NCBI GenBank assembly: GCA_963790205.1 | Contig: CAWBNQ010000006.1 | Span: forward strand, 32,001 to 96,000 | Origin: Nitrospirota bacterium | GTDB lineage: Bacteria > Nitrospirota > UBA9217 | Reading direction: 5' to 3' | Length of the DNA: 64,000 nt | Shown: piece after piece, positions 62,799 to 64,000 of the stretch | Numbering within the stretch: the first letter of the stretch is position 1 | Layout: every line of letters starts with the position of its first letter | Notes under the pieces: model-generated | The model's input: the letters and a program-made list of their open reading frames with translations, nothing else | What the model was told of the DNA's origin: nothing | Database searches by the model: none | Program-made: the position numbers and the translations under genes

Positions 62799-64000
62799 AT
62801 GTCGTTTCCTGAAAAGACCATCCTGATGTTTGTCTTTCTCTCCGTGACGGCCTGTGCCGCGGCGAAAACGCCGCCTCCCGGCATCGTCGCGGCCGTCCTG
62901 CCCGGCCCCGCATCGCCGGGGCCGGGCAGCGTTTCCTTTTCCGGTCCCGGCCGGGGGCTGAAGTCGGCCCTCGCAGCGTACAAAGCCGGGAAGTGGGACA
63001 TGGCGCTGTCCCTCGCATGGCAGGTGCGGGAGCAATATCCGGACACGCCATGGTACCAGCGGTCGCTGTTCCTGGCGGAGCGGACGCTCATCCAGATGGA
63101 CCGGGTTTCCGAGGCGGACGCCGCCATGCTTCGGGTGCGGGACGAGTACCCCCTGATGGCCGACTACGCCTTGTTCGTCCTCGCTGAATACCATTATGCA
63201 AACAAGCGCTTCTCGCAGGCAGCTGTCCTGTATCAGCAGCTGGCGGAGCGCTATCCCCGGAGTTCGCTGGCAATCCGCGCCGCATACCGGAGCGCGCAGG
63301 CCCTCCTCGAGTCCAATGCCTTCGCTCCCGCGGCCGAGGCCTTTGAAAAATTCCTCCAGGACAATCCCCGTTCGGAATTCTGCGCTGACGCAGGCATCGG
63401 CCTCGGAAAAGCGCTGACCGCTGATGCGCAGCCGGCGCGGGCCGTCCGCGCATACCGTGACGTCCAGGTCAAATGTCCCGGGACCCCCGCGGAACCGGAT
63501 GTGGAACAGGCCCTTGCCGGGCTCAGGAGCGGCGGCGTCGAAGTTCCCGAACTTACCCCCGAAGAGCTGCATGAACGGGGAAAAAATCTCTTCCGGGCCG
63601 GCTTGTATGACAAGGCCGTGGAGGCCTTCACGAAACTTCTGGCGCTCGATCCATCGTATTCCGACAGGCCCGAGGTCCTTCTCCGCGCCGGCATCGCCTT
63701 GTTCAACCTGGGCAGGCGCGCGGAAGCGGCCGCAATGCTTGAAAAACTGGCGCAGGAATTTCCCCGCGACCAGCGGGTCCCCGAGGCCCTGTACTGGCTG
63801 GGCAAGTCATACAGCAAGTCCGGCGAGCGGGACAAGGGGGTCCAGGCCTTTCGCAAAATCCTCGATTCCTACGCCGGGAGCGAGTGGGCCGATGACGCGC
63901 TTTTCCTGACCGGAAACATCTATCGCGAAGCGGACGACTTGAAGAAGGCGCTTACGTTCTACGACCGGCTGGCAGCGGAGTACCCGGAGAGCAAGTTTGC
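62799..64000 (+). CDS. TPR-repeat lipoprotein (partial, runs off the window)
   Basis: Open frame MSFPEKTILMFVFLSVTAC..; repeated A...Y..L...YP.S TPR units; absent from the ORF track because it has no stop. Confidence 0.8.
   Translation, partial: MSFPEKTILMFVFLSVTACAAAKTPPPGIVAAVLPGPASPGPGSVSFSGPGRGLKSALAAYKAGKWDMALSLAWQVREQYPDTPWYQRSLFLAERTLIQMDRVSEADAAMLRVRDEYPLMADYALFVLAEYHYANKRFSQAAVLYQQLAERYPRSSLAIRAAYRSAQALLESNAFAPAAEAFEKFLQDNPRSEFCADAGIGLGKALTADAQPARAVRAYRDVQVKCPGTPAEPDVEQALAGLRSGGVEVPELTPEELHERGKNLFRAGLYDKAVEAFTKLLALDPSYSDRPEVLLRAGIALFNLGRRAEAAAMLEKLAQEFPRDQRVPEALYWLGKSYSKSGERDKGVQAFRKILDSYAGSEWADDALFLTGNIYREADDLKKALTFYDRLAAEYPESKF

Overview
GC-rich bacterial window. Gene content suggests an anaerobe of the Nitrospirota or deltaproteobacterial type (inference only). 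1-41 kb is an accessory region holding secreted and lipoprotein genes, two phospholipases, an Rhs toxin/immunity cassette array, a SecY paralogue and five IS elements (IS5, IS1182, IS3, IS110, IS630) with readable ends. 42-51.4 kb is the housekeeping pheA-hisC-tyrA-aroA-cmk-ispH-rpsA-sppA-ihfB operon. 51.4-60 kb (minus strand) is an Hmc/Hyb-like multiheme cytochrome membrane redox cluster with a two-component system whose kinase has a CxxCH motif. Highlights: (1) an IS110 element whose 3' non-coding region holds a bridge-RNA-like loop with guides matching both halves of its own palindromic insertion site; (2) two selenoprotein candidates missed by the ORF track (UxxC glutaredoxin and UPFC DsbA/FrnE), each with a SECIS-like hairpin; (3) families of small inverted-repeat elements, some carrying GxxExxY nuclease genes and some empty; (4) a nested, covarying 54-bp hairpin element. 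Many genes, including rpsA and amino-acid biosynthesis genes, carry single-base frameshifts that are probably sequencing errors.
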